A DNA stretch of 64,000 nt from a virus: IMG/VR virus record IMGVR_UViG_3300042542_005394, positions 1 through 64,000 of that record; one strand, 5' to 3'. The notes below the pieces were generated by a model. It was given only the letters and a program-made list of their open reading frames with translations. It searched no databases and had not been told where the DNA came from. Each line of letters opens with the position of its first letter. Position 1 is the first letter of the stretch. Below, piece by piece: positions 48,298-58,290 of this stretch. Both the position numbers and the translations under genes were made by a program.

Positions 48298-50171
48298 TCT
48301 CCATTTTTAAGAATATCTTGAATAGTCATAATTTTATCTAACATTGCAATTCCAAGAATATCAAACTTAATAACTCCCAAAGCCTCCAAATCTTGCATTT
48401 CCATGCCAGCAATCATTTGATCATTTTTACTATCGTATACCATTGGACAAATTGTATTTAATGGTTCTGAGCTAATTGCTATTCCGGCAGCATGTTTGGA
48501 TTGATTGGACTTTGTTCCTTCTAATCTTATAGCCTGTTCGAATCTTTTTGCAAGCGGGCCTTGTAGTTCATTATTGTCGTCTATGTAGCACCATTCCTTG
48601 AGTTTATCTGGCTGATTTTCTAAAGACCAACGTATAATTGAAGCTTCACCAGTTTCATCCTTCATTTCCTGAAGATCGTCCGCAATTTTTGACTCATCAG
48701 GTATGCTTTTAGTTATTTTATTCATTTCATCGAAACTAATATTACCATAAACTCTCAGAACATCTTTAAGAGCACCTCTACCTTTCATGGTATTAAAAGT
48801 AATCATCTGAGAAACCTTATCGACCCCGTATGTTTGCTTAATATATTCTATAATATTTTCCCTTTTGTCAATAGGAACGTCCACATCTATATCTGGCATT
48901 GATATGTGATCTTTGGAATTTCTACCACTATTATAAAACCTTTCAAACAATAAGCTGTATTTTATAGGATCAATACTTGTTATACCTATAAGATATGAAA
49001 CTAAACAACCCGCCGCCGAGCCTCTGCCCGGTCCGGGAAGCCAACCATTTTTTCTTACATAATTAACAATATCTTGTACTATTAAAAAATAACTAGATAG
49101 ACCAGCACCCTGTAATATATCTAATTCATATTTTACTCTGTCAACATACACTTGATGTTCTTCCTTGGGAATAACATTAGCTATTTTGGCTTTCCAACCT
49201 TTGCGACATAATTCTCTTAAATACTCAGCATCATCCATCCCGTCTGGACAAGGAAATGGAGGTAATCTTGGTTTATGTAAAATATTATATTCTTCACACA
49301 TATTAGCTAATATATTAGTATTAACTATTTCTTCTTCAGTATGAATCTCTTTAATTTCTTCCTGAGATAATATATGAAAATTATCAGATGTAAAAAAACA
49401 GCCAAGAGCAACAGCCTCATCATTAGCTATTTTCCTACTAATGTCAGGAAATGTTGTCTTTAGATTATTGCACAATAAAATTCTTTGATCTGTTGCGTCT
49501 TCTCTTCGTGCATAGTGAGCATCAGGAGTACATATGATCTTAGTATTGGTGATTTTAGATAATTGTCTCATAGCATCAGTTAATATGCTTTGTATTGGAG
49601 AATTATCTTTATCCATAAGCTGAGCCTCCAAAAAGAAATTCTCTGACCCAAAAATAGTTTTATAGGTAGAAATCTCCCGTTTTCCTATATCGACCCAATC
49701 TATTTTAAGTTGGTTGTTTTCAGTAATTTTATCTGCTATTACCGACCCAGGATGACCACAAAAGGCTATAATATTGTTGTTACAGAACTTGGATAACGTG
49801 GTTAGGTCTAGTCTAGGTTTGTGATAATAAAAATCTGGCCTATTAGATTCTGATACTATTCTTATTAGACTTCTCCAACCCTCATAATTTTTGGCTAGAA
49901 TAACTAGATGACTGAGTTTTTTATTTTCAGGGGTTTGTATAGACGGATCGGACTCACAGATATATAATTCACAACCTAATATTGGCTTTATACCATGTTT
50001 TTTCATTTCTGTATAAAACTTAACACACCCAGCTATATTACCATGGTCTGTTAATGCACAAGCTCTTACTCCTATCTCTAAACAACGTTCAGCAATAGTC
50101 GATGGTTGAGAGAGTCCATCCAATAAAGAATAAGTAGAATGTAAATGTAGGGGGATATAGTTTACTGTCAT
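48294..50171 (-). CDS. dnaE: DNA polymerase III alpha, N-terminal part (PHP, palm/thumb)
   Basis: PLHLHSTYSLLDG, ALTDHG, GPGRGSAAG, LLFERF, MPDIDVD, HAAG; ends shortly after KFDILG. Confidence 0.92.
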   Translation of the reverse strand: MTVNYIPLHLHSTYSLLDGLSQPSTIAERCLEIGVRACALTDHGNIAGCVKFYTEMKKHGIKPILGCELYICESDPSIQTPENKKLSHLVILAKNYEGWRSLIRIVSESNRPDFYYHKPRLDLTTLSKFCNNNIIAFCGHPGSVIADKITENNQLKIDWVDIGKREISTYKTIFGSENFFLEAQLMDKDNSPIQSILTDAMRQLSKITNTKIICTPDAHYARREDATDQRILLCNNLKTTFPDISRKIANDEAVALGCFFTSDNFHILSQEEIKEIHTEEEIVNTNILANMCEEYNILHKPRLPPFPCPDGMDDAEYLRELCRKGWKAKIANVIPKEEHQVYVDRVKYELDILQGAGLSSYFLIVQDIVNYVRKNGWLPGPGRGSAAGCLVSYLIGITSIDPIKYSLLFERFYNSGRNSKDHISMPDIDVDVPIDKRENIIEYIKQTYGVDKVSQMITFNTMKGRGALKDVLRVYGNISFDEMNKITKSIPDESKIADDLQEMKDETGEASIIRWSLENQPDKLKEWCYIDDNNELQGPLAKRFEQAIRLEGTKSNQSKHAAGIAISSEPLNTICPMVYDSKNDQMIAGMEMQDLEALGVIKFDILGIAMLDKIMTIQDILKNGE

Positions 50172-50175
50172 GTTT

Positions 50176-51216
50176 TTAAACGCTGCCTGGAGCTTTGTAG
50201 TATCCTATACTATAACCCGGAACCTGATAGTGGTCAATCACCGCCTCTGGTCCTTTTATATCCATATCGTGCTTAACTTGTTCGCACTTGGTCATACATT
50301 GGTTTTTAGGTGTTATTTGATTATCTCTATATTCAACTATTGGTAACGCATGACTATTTTCGAATGTACTTTTTCCAAAATGACAAAACTTCGTACATTT
50401 CCAGCTTTTATTTAATTGGGGCTTATGTGTATTTTTAATAGTTTCAAATTTTTGTTTTAACATCATTTCTGTTTGATGTAAGTCTTTTTTATCAAAACAG
50501 ATACTAAATGCTCCACCGTCATTTATAAAATAAATAGATACAATTACATGTTCAACTTCAGGGTATAAGTGCTGTATAGCATAATGATATATTCTTAGTT
50601 GAGCATCATTTTGTAATTTAGCTTGGGTTTTTTCTTCTCCGGTTGCCCAGTCAAGTCTCCGACCTGTTTTATAATCAACAATTTCTAATGTTTTGTCATT
50701 AACTCTGGTTATTAAGTCTATCGTACCCTTTATAGCTAACTTACCTTCCAAAATCCCGTCTTTTGTTTCATATTTATAACCTGCCCAAGGCTTATCTATC
50801 TCTATATCAAAATGTTGTTCAGGTTGAACTATGTCTTGATTTCTTGGATCAAACATTCCATTATTGTATTCTAATGCCTTGTATACCCAGTTATGACAAT
50901 CTTTGTAATCTTTGGGCGTCCACGTATGATGTTTTTCAGCAGATGAATAGTGTTTATATACTTTTTCAATAATAGTATTAAGATTATAGTCTGTCACATT
51001 GATCGCGCCAATTATGTCATCCTCTATCGTGGTAGATTTATCCTGTGTGCCCTTTTTTATAACCGCAAGGATTTCCATCACCTTGTGTAAAACAGTGCCC
51101 TTAGCGGCTTTAAGACCGCTGGGACTTCTCATACCAAGTACGTACTCAAGCATGTACTGCATAGGACATAAACTGTGGGTTCCGTAACTAGAACTACGTA
51201 TATATGTAACTATCAT
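50176..51216 (-). CDS. PD-(D/E)xK exonuclease, Cas4/RecB/AddB-like
   Basis: GTVLH, GTIDL...IVDYKTG, QLRIY; N-terminal Cys (CPMQY) plus C-terminal CTKFC. Confidence 0.85.
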   Translation of the reverse strand: MIVTYIRSSSYGTHSLCPMQYMLEYVLGMRSPSGLKAAKGTVLHKVMEILAVIKKGTQDKSTTIEDDIIGAINVTDYNLNTIIEKVYKHYSSAEKHHTWTPKDYKDCHNWVYKALEYNNGMFDPRNQDIVQPEQHFDIEIDKPWAGYKYETKDGILEGKLAIKGTIDLITRVNDKTLEIVDYKTGRRLDWATGEEKTQAKLQNDAQLRIYHYAIQHLYPEVEHVIVSIYFINDGGAFSICFDKKDLHQTEMMLKQKFETIKNTHKPQLNKSWKCTKFCHFGKSTFENSHALPIVEYRDNQITPKNQCMTKCEQVKHDMDIKGPEAVIDHYQVPGYSIGYYKAPGSV

Positions 51217-51827
51217 TAGTTTAAAATTCCATTTTGATATAAGAATTGTTCTATAAATTGATTTTTATCAGCTATATTGATGTTTTGATTATTAATAACT
51301 GTGCTGAATTTTGACCAATCGTAATTATTTGGATCCAAAGCCATTTCAGCATCAGACTTTGATTCAAATGGATCTTTAGTGATTCTAATAACAAATCCAT
51401 TATTTTTTAATATGCTATTGACCTCATTGGGAAATCTACAATCAGCTATAATTGCGATATCTAAATTATCTCTTTGTATAGCTACTAAAGTAGCTTGGAC
51501 CCAAACATCGTTTTTAATTTTACGAAAAATATTGGTACCAATAACCTCCATAACTTCTCTAGCGGTCATGGGACCAGTAATATTACCTAAATATCCTGGT
51601 ATATTCTCCCATAAAATATCCGTTAAACTATTTTTATCGTCATCGCTACCGTAACACTGATCATATGTTAATCCTAGTATATTGATACATATGTCTTGTT
51701 TCAAAGGATCCGCAAAACTATAAACCTTATTTTTTAGACCCTTATTGTTTAATAGGTGCTGAACATACTCAGCACCAGTACTTTTACCAGATTGTTTTCT
51801 ACCAGAAAAAGCTATTATTTTGGTCAT
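51216..51827 (-). CDS. Deoxynucleoside monophosphate kinase
   Basis: SGRKQSGKST P-loop, SFADPLK and IADCRFPNE, as in T4 gp1-type dNMP kinases. Confidence 0.85.
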   Translation of the reverse strand: MTKIIAFSGRKQSGKSTGAEYVQHLLNNKGLKNKVYSFADPLKQDICINILGLTYDQCYGSDDDKNSLTDILWENIPGYLGNITGPMTAREVMEVIGTNIFRKIKNDVWVQATLVAIQRDNLDIAIIADCRFPNEVNSILKNNGFVIRITKDPFESKSDAEMALDPNNYDWSKFSTVINNQNINIADKNQFIEQFLYQNGILN

Positions 51828-52993
51828 TTAATACTTTCTATATAGTCGCTGATTTGTTCCTTGATCTCAACGGGTGTCATTTCTGCAACGTCAGCTTTGC
51901 TAATTTGGGGAATAAAGATACGATAAGTATTTTTACACTTCAAGCTTATTTGCTCGGCAGCTTTACGTCCAGCGTCGTCTTGATCAGTTAGTATTATAAG
52001 AGTCATAGCTCCTGAAGAATCCAAAATAATTTTTTGTCTATCGCTTAATGACGATCCGAACATTGCTACGCTATTATGAATTCCATTTTCTTCTAATCTC
52101 CATACATTACCTGGACTTTCAACAATAATCGCAATAGCCGATTGCTGTATAAAAGATTTGGCAAACCAAAAATTATATAGACAATTTTGGCTCTTAAAAT
52201 TAGCGCTATGCTTCCATTTAGAGAATAACCACCTACTGTGTTCTGCTGGACAATCATGTTGATTGTTATGATAGGATGAACAAGTTTTACATTTTTCAAA
52301 AATACTTCTACCAGAACAACCTATCATATATTGGTAGTCATTATTGTATATGGGGGTTACAACCCTATTATACATCTCTTTATCTGGTTTAGAACATAAA
52401 CCTATATCATATTTATCTAGTATTTCTGATGAATAGTTTCTATCTATATAATAGGATGCTGGTATAGCTAATGATCTCCTAATTTGCTCTCTAGAAGGTC
52501 TTGGTCCAACACTAGCATTATTAGGATTATTTGTCAAATAAGTTATAGCATTAGAAAAGAATTGTTTATCTTTTGCTGTTTTTGATACTTTGATACTATT
52601 AAAATCTTTATTTAGAAACTTAAGAGCAAAGTCAAGAGCCTCATCAAATGAGCAGGCTTTGTCTCCATCTTTAGTCCATCCGTATTTATTATGAGACAAT
52701 ATACCTCTTATAAAGCCTATAATCGAAGACTTAAATATTTGTTCACAATTATGAGTCCTACATTTCCAATTACCTCTATATCTCTCTCCTTCTGGATAAA
52801 GATTTACAGCAGATTTATTGTCACCTCCATGGATTGGGCAGGACATGCTGATCATTTTGGAATTATTTCGATAATCGATCTGAAAAGCATCTAATAAATC
52901 ATAGATACTATCACACAAATCGTCACAAATAATTTTAAGTTTAGCCTGATCTTTAGTTAAACTGGATTTCTGATTCATTTTCACTTTGTTCAT
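51824..52993 (-). CDS. dnaG: DNA primase (CHC2-type Zn finger + TOPRIM)
   Basis: CPIHGGDN...WKCRTHNC; IIVESPGN...LTDQDDAG. Adjacent to the helicase. Start position uncertain. Confidence 0.85.
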   Translation of the reverse strand: MNKVKMNQKSSLTKDQAKLKIICDDLCDSIYDLLDAFQIDYRNNSKMISMSCPIHGGDNKSAVNLYPEGERYRGNWKCRTHNCEQIFKSSIIGFIRGILSHNKYGWTKDGDKACSFDEALDFALKFLNKDFNSIKVSKTAKDKQFFSNAITYLTNNPNNASVGPRPSREQIRRSLAIPASYYIDRNYSSEILDKYDIGLCSKPDKEMYNRVVTPIYNNDYQYMIGCSGRSIFEKCKTCSSYHNNQHDCPAEHSRWLFSKWKHSANFKSQNCLYNFWFAKSFIQQSAIAIIVESPGNVWRLEENGIHNSVAMFGSSLSDRQKIILDSSGAMTLIILTDQDDAGRKAAEQISLKCKNTYRIFIPQISKADVAEMTPVEIKEQISDYIESIK

Positions 52994-54419
52994 CAACAAC
53001 GAAGCCATCTTGTTTACCACCCTTATTGTTAATAATTTCTAATCTAGTTCTGCCTTCTGTAATCTTAGCACACCAGCCCTTCATATAGCAATTGATATAA
53101 TCATTATCGTCCAAGCCTCCCCCGTGTCTACTAATCAATGGTACTAATTTTCTATTACCATTTTCAGGACCATCTTCTGCTATTTCTTCTGGGGTCTTTC
53201 TTTTGAATATACTAAAGTTGCTACATAACCAAATAATTCTATCAGAACCGCTAGCGGCATCTGTGCTTTCTTTAGTTATTCCATCCCTGTTGAGCTGTAT
53301 AAATGCTACGATTGGGACTTTGTATCTAACAGCAAAATTATGTAAACTAGTCATCATGAATCCTAGAACCTGATATTCTTTAAGGTCTTGACTCATACCA
53401 GCACTATCCATAAGTTTTAGATAATCATAAAATATTACGCACTCCTTTGCTGTTCCGTCATCGTGTAATCCTACTTCCTTTACTAACCATCTTCTCATAA
53501 TAGCTAGTTGATCTTCAAATGGTTTACCAGCAATACTTTTATGGAACATTCTTAATGTTTTAAGTTTATCAACAGATTGTAATATTTTATGCTTTTTATC
53601 CGGCGACTCTGAGAACTTTCCTGTTTCTATACTATTGATTTCGATCTCACTCATCATAGCTAATGTTCTATTAATATGATCTTCTTTGTTCATTTCAGTA
53701 TCCATGTTCAAAGTTGGTATACCTAGTTGAGCAACATTAAAGCCAATATTATCCGATAAAAGTGTTTTTCCTGTCTTGGGACGGGCAGCTATAATATTTA
53801 CAGTACCCTTTCTTAAACCTCCACCAATAGCTTGGTCATATACGGGAAATCCAGTAGGAATACCGACTTGATCAATTTTATTCTCTTCTAGATTCTTTAC
53901 ATACTCATCCAGATTTTGTCCAAAAGATGAAGGATTATTATCTCCATCATTAAGAAGAGTCGTGAAGTTGAAGATGGTGTCTTCTGCTATACTTAGAATT
54001 GATCCTATTGGTTCGCTTCCGTTTACGTCTAAAATCTTGTCTTGAGCTAGTTCTAGTTGCTTTCTTAAAAGTCTGGCTATTTCCAATTTTCTTATTTTTG
54101 CAGCAAATTTTCTAACATTTTCCAGAACAACAGGAAAATCCATTACAGCTTTAAGATGCTGTACTTCTTCTTTTTTTGTAAGAATATGAGCTAAGCCTAG
54201 TTCTTCTGCTGTAGAAAAGATAGTAGCAATATCTATTGATGGCTTGTGTTCTCTTTCACATATAATTTTTAGGCATTTATATATAATATTATTACTATCA
54301 ATAGTGAAAGTAGTATCTTGTATAATATCTGCAATATCAAGATATGCGTCCTCACCATAATTACAAATACCAGCCAATACTGCTCTTTCAGCAGATGGAT
54401 CGCATAGTACCATTGTCAT
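52953..54419 (-). CDS. dnaB: Replicative DnaB-like helicase
   Basis: AERAVLAG, GIPTGF, Walker A AARPKTGKT, DYLKLM, QLNR. ATG at 54419 forms a TGATG overlap. Confidence 0.92.
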   Translation of the reverse strand: MTMVLCDPSAERAVLAGICNYGEDAYLDIADIIQDTTFTIDSNNIIYKCLKIICEREHKPSIDIATIFSTAEELGLAHILTKKEEVQHLKAVMDFPVVLENVRKFAAKIRKLEIARLLRKQLELAQDKILDVNGSEPIGSILSIAEDTIFNFTTLLNDGDNNPSSFGQNLDEYVKNLEENKIDQVGIPTGFPVYDQAIGGGLRKGTVNIIAARPKTGKTLLSDNIGFNVAQLGIPTLNMDTEMNKEDHINRTLAMMSEIEINSIETGKFSESPDKKHKILQSVDKLKTLRMFHKSIAGKPFEDQLAIMRRWLVKEVGLHDDGTAKECVIFYDYLKLMDSAGMSQDLKEYQVLGFMMTSLHNFAVRYKVPIVAFIQLNRDGITKESTDAASGSDRIIWLCSNFSIFKRKTPEEIAEDGPENGNRKLVPLISRHGGGLDDNDYINCYMKGWCAKITEGRTRLEIINNKGGKQDGFVVDEQSENESEIQFN

Positions 54420-54820
54420 CAGCCTGCTCCCGTTGCGCACTTGTTACACTTGTATCTATCAATACTATCTGTTATTAGTACTGGATTAACTTTCTCTTTT
54501 TTACCACAGACTCTGCATACGGCATTTATCCACTCAAATGGTCTGGCTCTTGGAACAGGAGGTAGTACAGATAGTTTTTTATCTATTGCGATATCTTCTT
54601 TATGCATTCTAGCTTCCATCATAGCGTCAAATTTATTCTCTCGTGATGGCTTGGTCTTAGCTTTATGTTGTGTATTCTTTTTGGGTCTGGATCTGGATTG
54701 CTTTGCTTCGGATTTGGGTAGCTCCTCTTGTTTTATTTCATCATTAGACTGAGGCAACATAGACTGAAGCATAAGAATCATCTGTTGTATTTGTCTTGGG
54801 TCTAGATTTATATTATCCAT
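54419..54820 (-). CDS. Hypothetical protein with C-terminal Zn ribbon
   Basis: CRVC...CNKC. Confidence 0.6.
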   Translation of the reverse strand: MDNINLDPRQIQQMILMLQSMLPQSNDEIKQEELPKSEAKQSRSRPKKNTQHKAKTKPSRENKFDAMMEARMHKEDIAIDKKLSVLPPVPRARPFEWINAVCRVCGKKEKVNPVLITDSIDRYKCNKCATGAG

Positions 54821-55304
54821 TTTTTGTCACCAGTTTAATCTTTTGAATAGAAATTAGTATGTCAGATAAATTTTTGATCGAGTTAGCCAAATAAGATAGT
54901 CTATCTGTTCGTTGTTTTGCATAGATCTTAATCTTATTGATAGCTTGTGCTTTTTCATTATGTTTGATAGCTTGTAGAGATTTTTCTACGTATCCGTATC
55001 CCTTATAATTATTAATTTCGTCAGCTATAACCATTTTGATTGTTTCATCGGCCCAGTTATTACGAGCTATTTCTCTATTTATAGTACGTTGTATATAAAA
55101 AGAAAACTGAGCTAATCTATAAGATATTTGAGCACAATCTTCCGGTGTTATTTTTTCTAGCTCTGTTCTATCCATGGTTAAATAATTATTAAGCTCTTGC
55201 TCTGGCATACCATTACTATTATATTTTGGTAAGCCGAGTCCTTTCTCATATTCATCTAGGATATTATCCCAGTCTTGTAATTCTTCCTTAGCTGTTTTGT
55301 TCAT
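54813..55304 (-). CDS. Helical hypothetical protein (possibly UvsY-like mediator)
   Basis: 163-aa coiled-coil-like ORF two genes from recA; the UvsY call rests on size and context only. Confidence 0.4.
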   Translation of the reverse strand: MNKTAKEELQDWDNILDEYEKGLGLPKYNSNGMPEQELNNYLTMDRTELEKITPEDCAQISYRLAQFSFYIQRTINREIARNNWADETIKMVIADEINNYKGYGYVEKSLQAIKHNEKAQAINKIKIYAKQRTDRLSYLANSIKNLSDILISIQKIKLVTKNG

Positions 55305-55704
55305 TTGTTAACCTTCCAGTCCACTGGTTTTCATTTTCATGAAATGGTAATGCTATAAATTTTATCTGATTATTTTCACACCATTCTACTTTTTCACGAT
55401 CTCTTTTTTGTGATCTTATAAAGCCCAAAGTATTATGATGGTAAAAGGGTACAAACTTATAATGCTGTTCTCCATGTACTTCTACGCACATCTGAATTAA
55501 TGGTAGATAAAAATCTAGAAATAATGTTTCATTCTTCCTAATTACTACAGGCACCTCTTCCAATATTTGCAAAGTTGGAAAGCATAACATGAGTATTGAG
55601 CGAGCTTTGAGATGCAAATTAGATTTATTGGCAATTTTACCCTTAGCCATATTCCCGGTAAGTTGCCATTGAGATACGTTTCCTTCCAAATCTCTTACTA
55701 TCAT
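55288..55704 (-). CDS. Vsr/DUF559-like endonuclease
   Basis: LDFYLP...VEVHGEQHY...RDREKVEWC. Confidence 0.7.
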   Translation of the reverse strand: MIVRDLEGNVSQWQLTGNMAKGKIANKSNLHLKARSILMLCFPTLQILEEVPVVIRKNETLFLDFYLPLIQMCVEVHGEQHYKFVPFYHHNTLGFIRSQKRDREKVEWCENNQIKFIALPFHENENQWTGRLTNEQNS

Positions 55705-56723
55705 CCTTTGATCCCCATTGTCTCCTTAACTTTTAGCCACAGACTTTCGTATACCTCAGGATTGTCTACAAGATACTGGCGAACCTTTTCTGTTCCCTGA
55801 AATTTAGGTTTTGATTCGACCGTTGTTATAGTATACCAAGCTCCTGCTTTATGTATCAGTCCCAAGTCTGAGGCCAGTGTAACTATTTCTGTTTGTTTGT
55901 CAATACCTTGACCATATCTAATATAGCTAGTTATAGTGCCTCCAGGCGGACCTAATGCTGAACACTGTACTTGCCACTGTATTTCTTGACCTATTTGTTG
56001 ACCGTCTTCTGCTGATCCAACTTTCCATGGTCTATGAAATTGAGCTTTTAACTTAATGTCTGTTTGATATGCAATAGCCTGACCGCTTTTCTCTTTCCAT
56101 TCACTATGACCCAAGCCAGGGTTACCCATAAGATGAGTAATACCGATAACAATATTTCTATTGACAGGAATAACATTGGCAACTTTTCTACAAAACTTAG
56201 CCAATAATTTAGCTCCGTCTGCTCTTTGCATCTTGTCCATATCGCTAGTAATTTCGGCCTCTGTACATAATGCGGAGTATGAGTCTATGATTAAAACAGA
56301 TCCAGGTATTTCATTAATAATTCTTTCGCCTATTTGTAGATATTCTTCGGCATGTAATATTTTACCTTGCTTAGACCCTATAACATTAAACCGTGTCAAA
56401 TCAAGGCCAGGTATACCCTCCAGATCTCGTTTTTTAAGCCGTCCCTCAATGTTAAGATAGTATACATTTCGACCTTCGGCAAAGGAACTGTGAGCGTATT
56501 CTTTTCTTTGTGCTGTGGCACAAAAATCTAATGAGGTTGTAGTTTTTCCACATTTTGGTTGACCAGTTAAAATCACAAAACTACCTTCGGGAATTCCACC
56601 ATTTAGAACAATATCCAAAGAGGGACTAACTGGTATTGTGATCAATTTCTTATCCACAATGGAATTACCATTAAGGATAATATCATCGCCAAATTTTTTG
56701 ACTACGTCTTCCTTTAAGCTCAT
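55701..56723 (-). CDS. recA: RecA/UvsX-like recombinase
   Basis: SLDIVLNGGIPEG, Walker A GQPKCGKTT, Walker B LIIDS, IRYGQGID, KAGAWY, KFQG. Confidence 0.9.
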   Translation of the reverse strand: MSLKEDVVKKFGDDIILNGNSIVDKKLITIPVSPSLDIVLNGGIPEGSFVILTGQPKCGKTTTSLDFCATAQRKEYAHSSFAEGRNVYYLNIEGRLKKRDLEGIPGLDLTRFNVIGSKQGKILHAEEYLQIGERIINEIPGSVLIIDSYSALCTEAEITSDMDKMQRADGAKLLAKFCRKVANVIPVNRNIVIGITHLMGNPGLGHSEWKEKSGQAIAYQTDIKLKAQFHRPWKVGSAEDGQQIGQEIQWQVQCSALGPPGGTITSYIRYGQGIDKQTEIVTLASDLGLIHKAGAWYTITTVESKPKFQGTEKVRQYLVDNPEVYESLWLKVKETMGIKG

Positions 56724-57142
56724 TATTCTAAATCCTTCAGTTTTGAAATAATATTATTTTTAGTATTTTGTTGTTTTCCGAATTTAACGTTTGAGCTTCT
56801 ATCTATCTCTAACGTAATTTGTTTATTTTCTGAAGCTATCAATGCTTCCTGTTGTTCTATGATAGCTGGCAGATGGGGCGCTCGCAACGAATATATTCTT
56901 TTTCCAACATCAGTAGCAAGCGCCTTTATAATTGCTTTTGAACTATATTTTTTTAGCAATTTATGAGCAGAGCCTATTTGATTCCTATAAAAAGTTGCCC
57001 ATTTTTTTTCTACCCAAAACCTATAGTGCAGATCTTCTTTTTGGGAGACTGCTTTTCTTTCACAGATGATTTCTGTTATAAATTGAGCTGCTGATACTGG
57101 CTTATTGTTGGAATAACGAGATAGATATGTATCATTTTTCAT
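56723..57142 (-). CDS. Hypothetical protein
   Basis: ORF in a tightly packed operon; ATG at 57142 is the likely start. Confidence 0.55.
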   Translation of the reverse strand: MKNDTYLSRYSNNKPVSAAQFITEIICERKAVSQKEDLHYRFWVEKKWATFYRNQIGSAHKLLKKYSSKAIIKALATDVGKRIYSLRAPHLPAIIEQQEALIASENKQITLEIDRSSNVKFGKQQNTKNNIISKLKDLE

Positions 57143-57554
57143 GTTTTTTATTAGAGTGGATAATCCTGCAAGTTTCTTCCAAAGTAGTATGGAACTTATC
57201 AAAAAACTTATCTATATGTGGTTTATAGTCATCGTCTGTTTGTATAGGTATGTGGTAAAATTTTTCTATTATATCAACAATTGACAATAGTTGTCCGTGT
57301 TCACCTATCTGAGAAGCCTCTGCTTTGATTATAAAAACCAATTCATTAGGAGAGCCTGTAATATTTTTCTTTTTGATAATATCAGGATGCTCTGTGGATA
57401 AATCTATATACGGATCAACTATGTCTTCTAGTTTTTGATTTTTTTGATTTTTTTGATCTTCTAAAGAGGATAATAACTTGTTTTGAATCTTGTCTAGTAT
57501 TTGTTTTTCTTCATCGGATAGTTCGTTTACAATTTCTTGGAAAAAATCAGACAT
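57132..57554 (-). CDS. Hypothetical protein
   Basis: 140-aa ORF in the operon. Confidence 0.55.
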   Translation of the reverse strand: MSDFFQEIVNELSDEEKQILDKIQNKLLSSLEDQKNQKNQKLEDIVDPYIDLSTEHPDIIKKKNITGSPNELVFIIKAEASQIGEHGQLLSIVDIIEKFYHIPIQTDDDYKPHIDKFFDKFHTTLEETCRIIHSNKKHEK

Positions 57555-57556
57555 AA

Positions 57557-57898
57557 TTATTTACTATATGGTCTATAGATACCTTTCTGGATTTTGGAAG
57601 AAGAATTAGTATTCTTTTTTAAATCATCATTCAATTGAGATGCTTCTTTGGTCATTATAGCTACGCTTCGAGTTTTATTAGAAGACTCTGTTATCATAAG
57701 GTTTTTGGATCGTGATCCATTAACCGGCGAAGTTTTGGTTTGCAAACCTTTTTCTGAAGTCTTATTAGCGTATTCTATTATAGTATTTGCAATTTGTGTT
57801 TTACCAAGTTTTGTCTCTGCAACTATAGCTTCAGTGTCTAAACCCTGACTACTCAACCATAATATCGCATACTTTTGCATTTTATTTATTCTAGCCAT
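57557..57898 (-). CDS. Hypothetical protein (possible N-terminal HTH)
   Basis: 113 aa; GLDTEAIVAETKLGKTQI is HTH-like. Confidence 0.5.
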   Translation of the reverse strand: MARINKMQKYAILWLSSQGLDTEAIVAETKLGKTQIANTIIEYANKTSEKGLQTKTSPVNGSRSKNLMITESSNKTRSVAIMTKEASQLNDDLKKNTNSSSKIQKGIYRPYSK

Positions 57899-58290
57899 TA
57901 CTCGTGCTCCCTTTCTGCATTAATTAACCATGATACATTTTTTGTGTTCAAGAACTCTAAATACATATTAAAAACCTTTTGTCCTACTTCTTTGAATCTG
58001 TCGTTGGATCTACAAATCCTATTAAGAAATGTATGAGTTTTTTCTTGTCCATAGATTGATAAAGGATTATAGAACTTACCGTTGTTTCCTAGTCTAATGC
58101 TGTATTTTAGAGTACCGTTTTTTCTTGTGGTTTTTTTAGCAAATACCGAACTATTCTCTTCCTCAACCCTTGCTCTATTGGATTCATCTATAAAAGATTC
58201 GTGATCTCGCAGAGTATAGAACTCTACTGTTTCTTCAGTGTTGATTTTTTTTGTAAATAAACTACTGGGCTTAAAAATAAAATTATCCAT
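57898..58290 (-). CDS. Hypothetical protein
   Basis: 130-aa ORF in the operon. Confidence 0.55.
   Translation of the reverse strand: MDNFIFKPSSLFTKKINTEETVEFYTLRDHESFIDESNRARVEEENSSVFAKKTTRKNGTLKYSIRLGNNGKFYNPLSIYGQEKTHTFLNRICRSNDRFKEVGQKVFNMYLEFLNTKNVSWLINAEREHE

Noticed and set aside
50176-51216. Cas4 as part of a CRISPR-Cas system
   Set aside because: No array or other cas genes; stand-alone Cas4/RecB-like nucleases are common in phage replication modules.
57432-57458. Short 9-nt tandem repeat encoding QKNQKNQK
   Set aside because: Low-complexity in-frame microrepeat with no sign of function.
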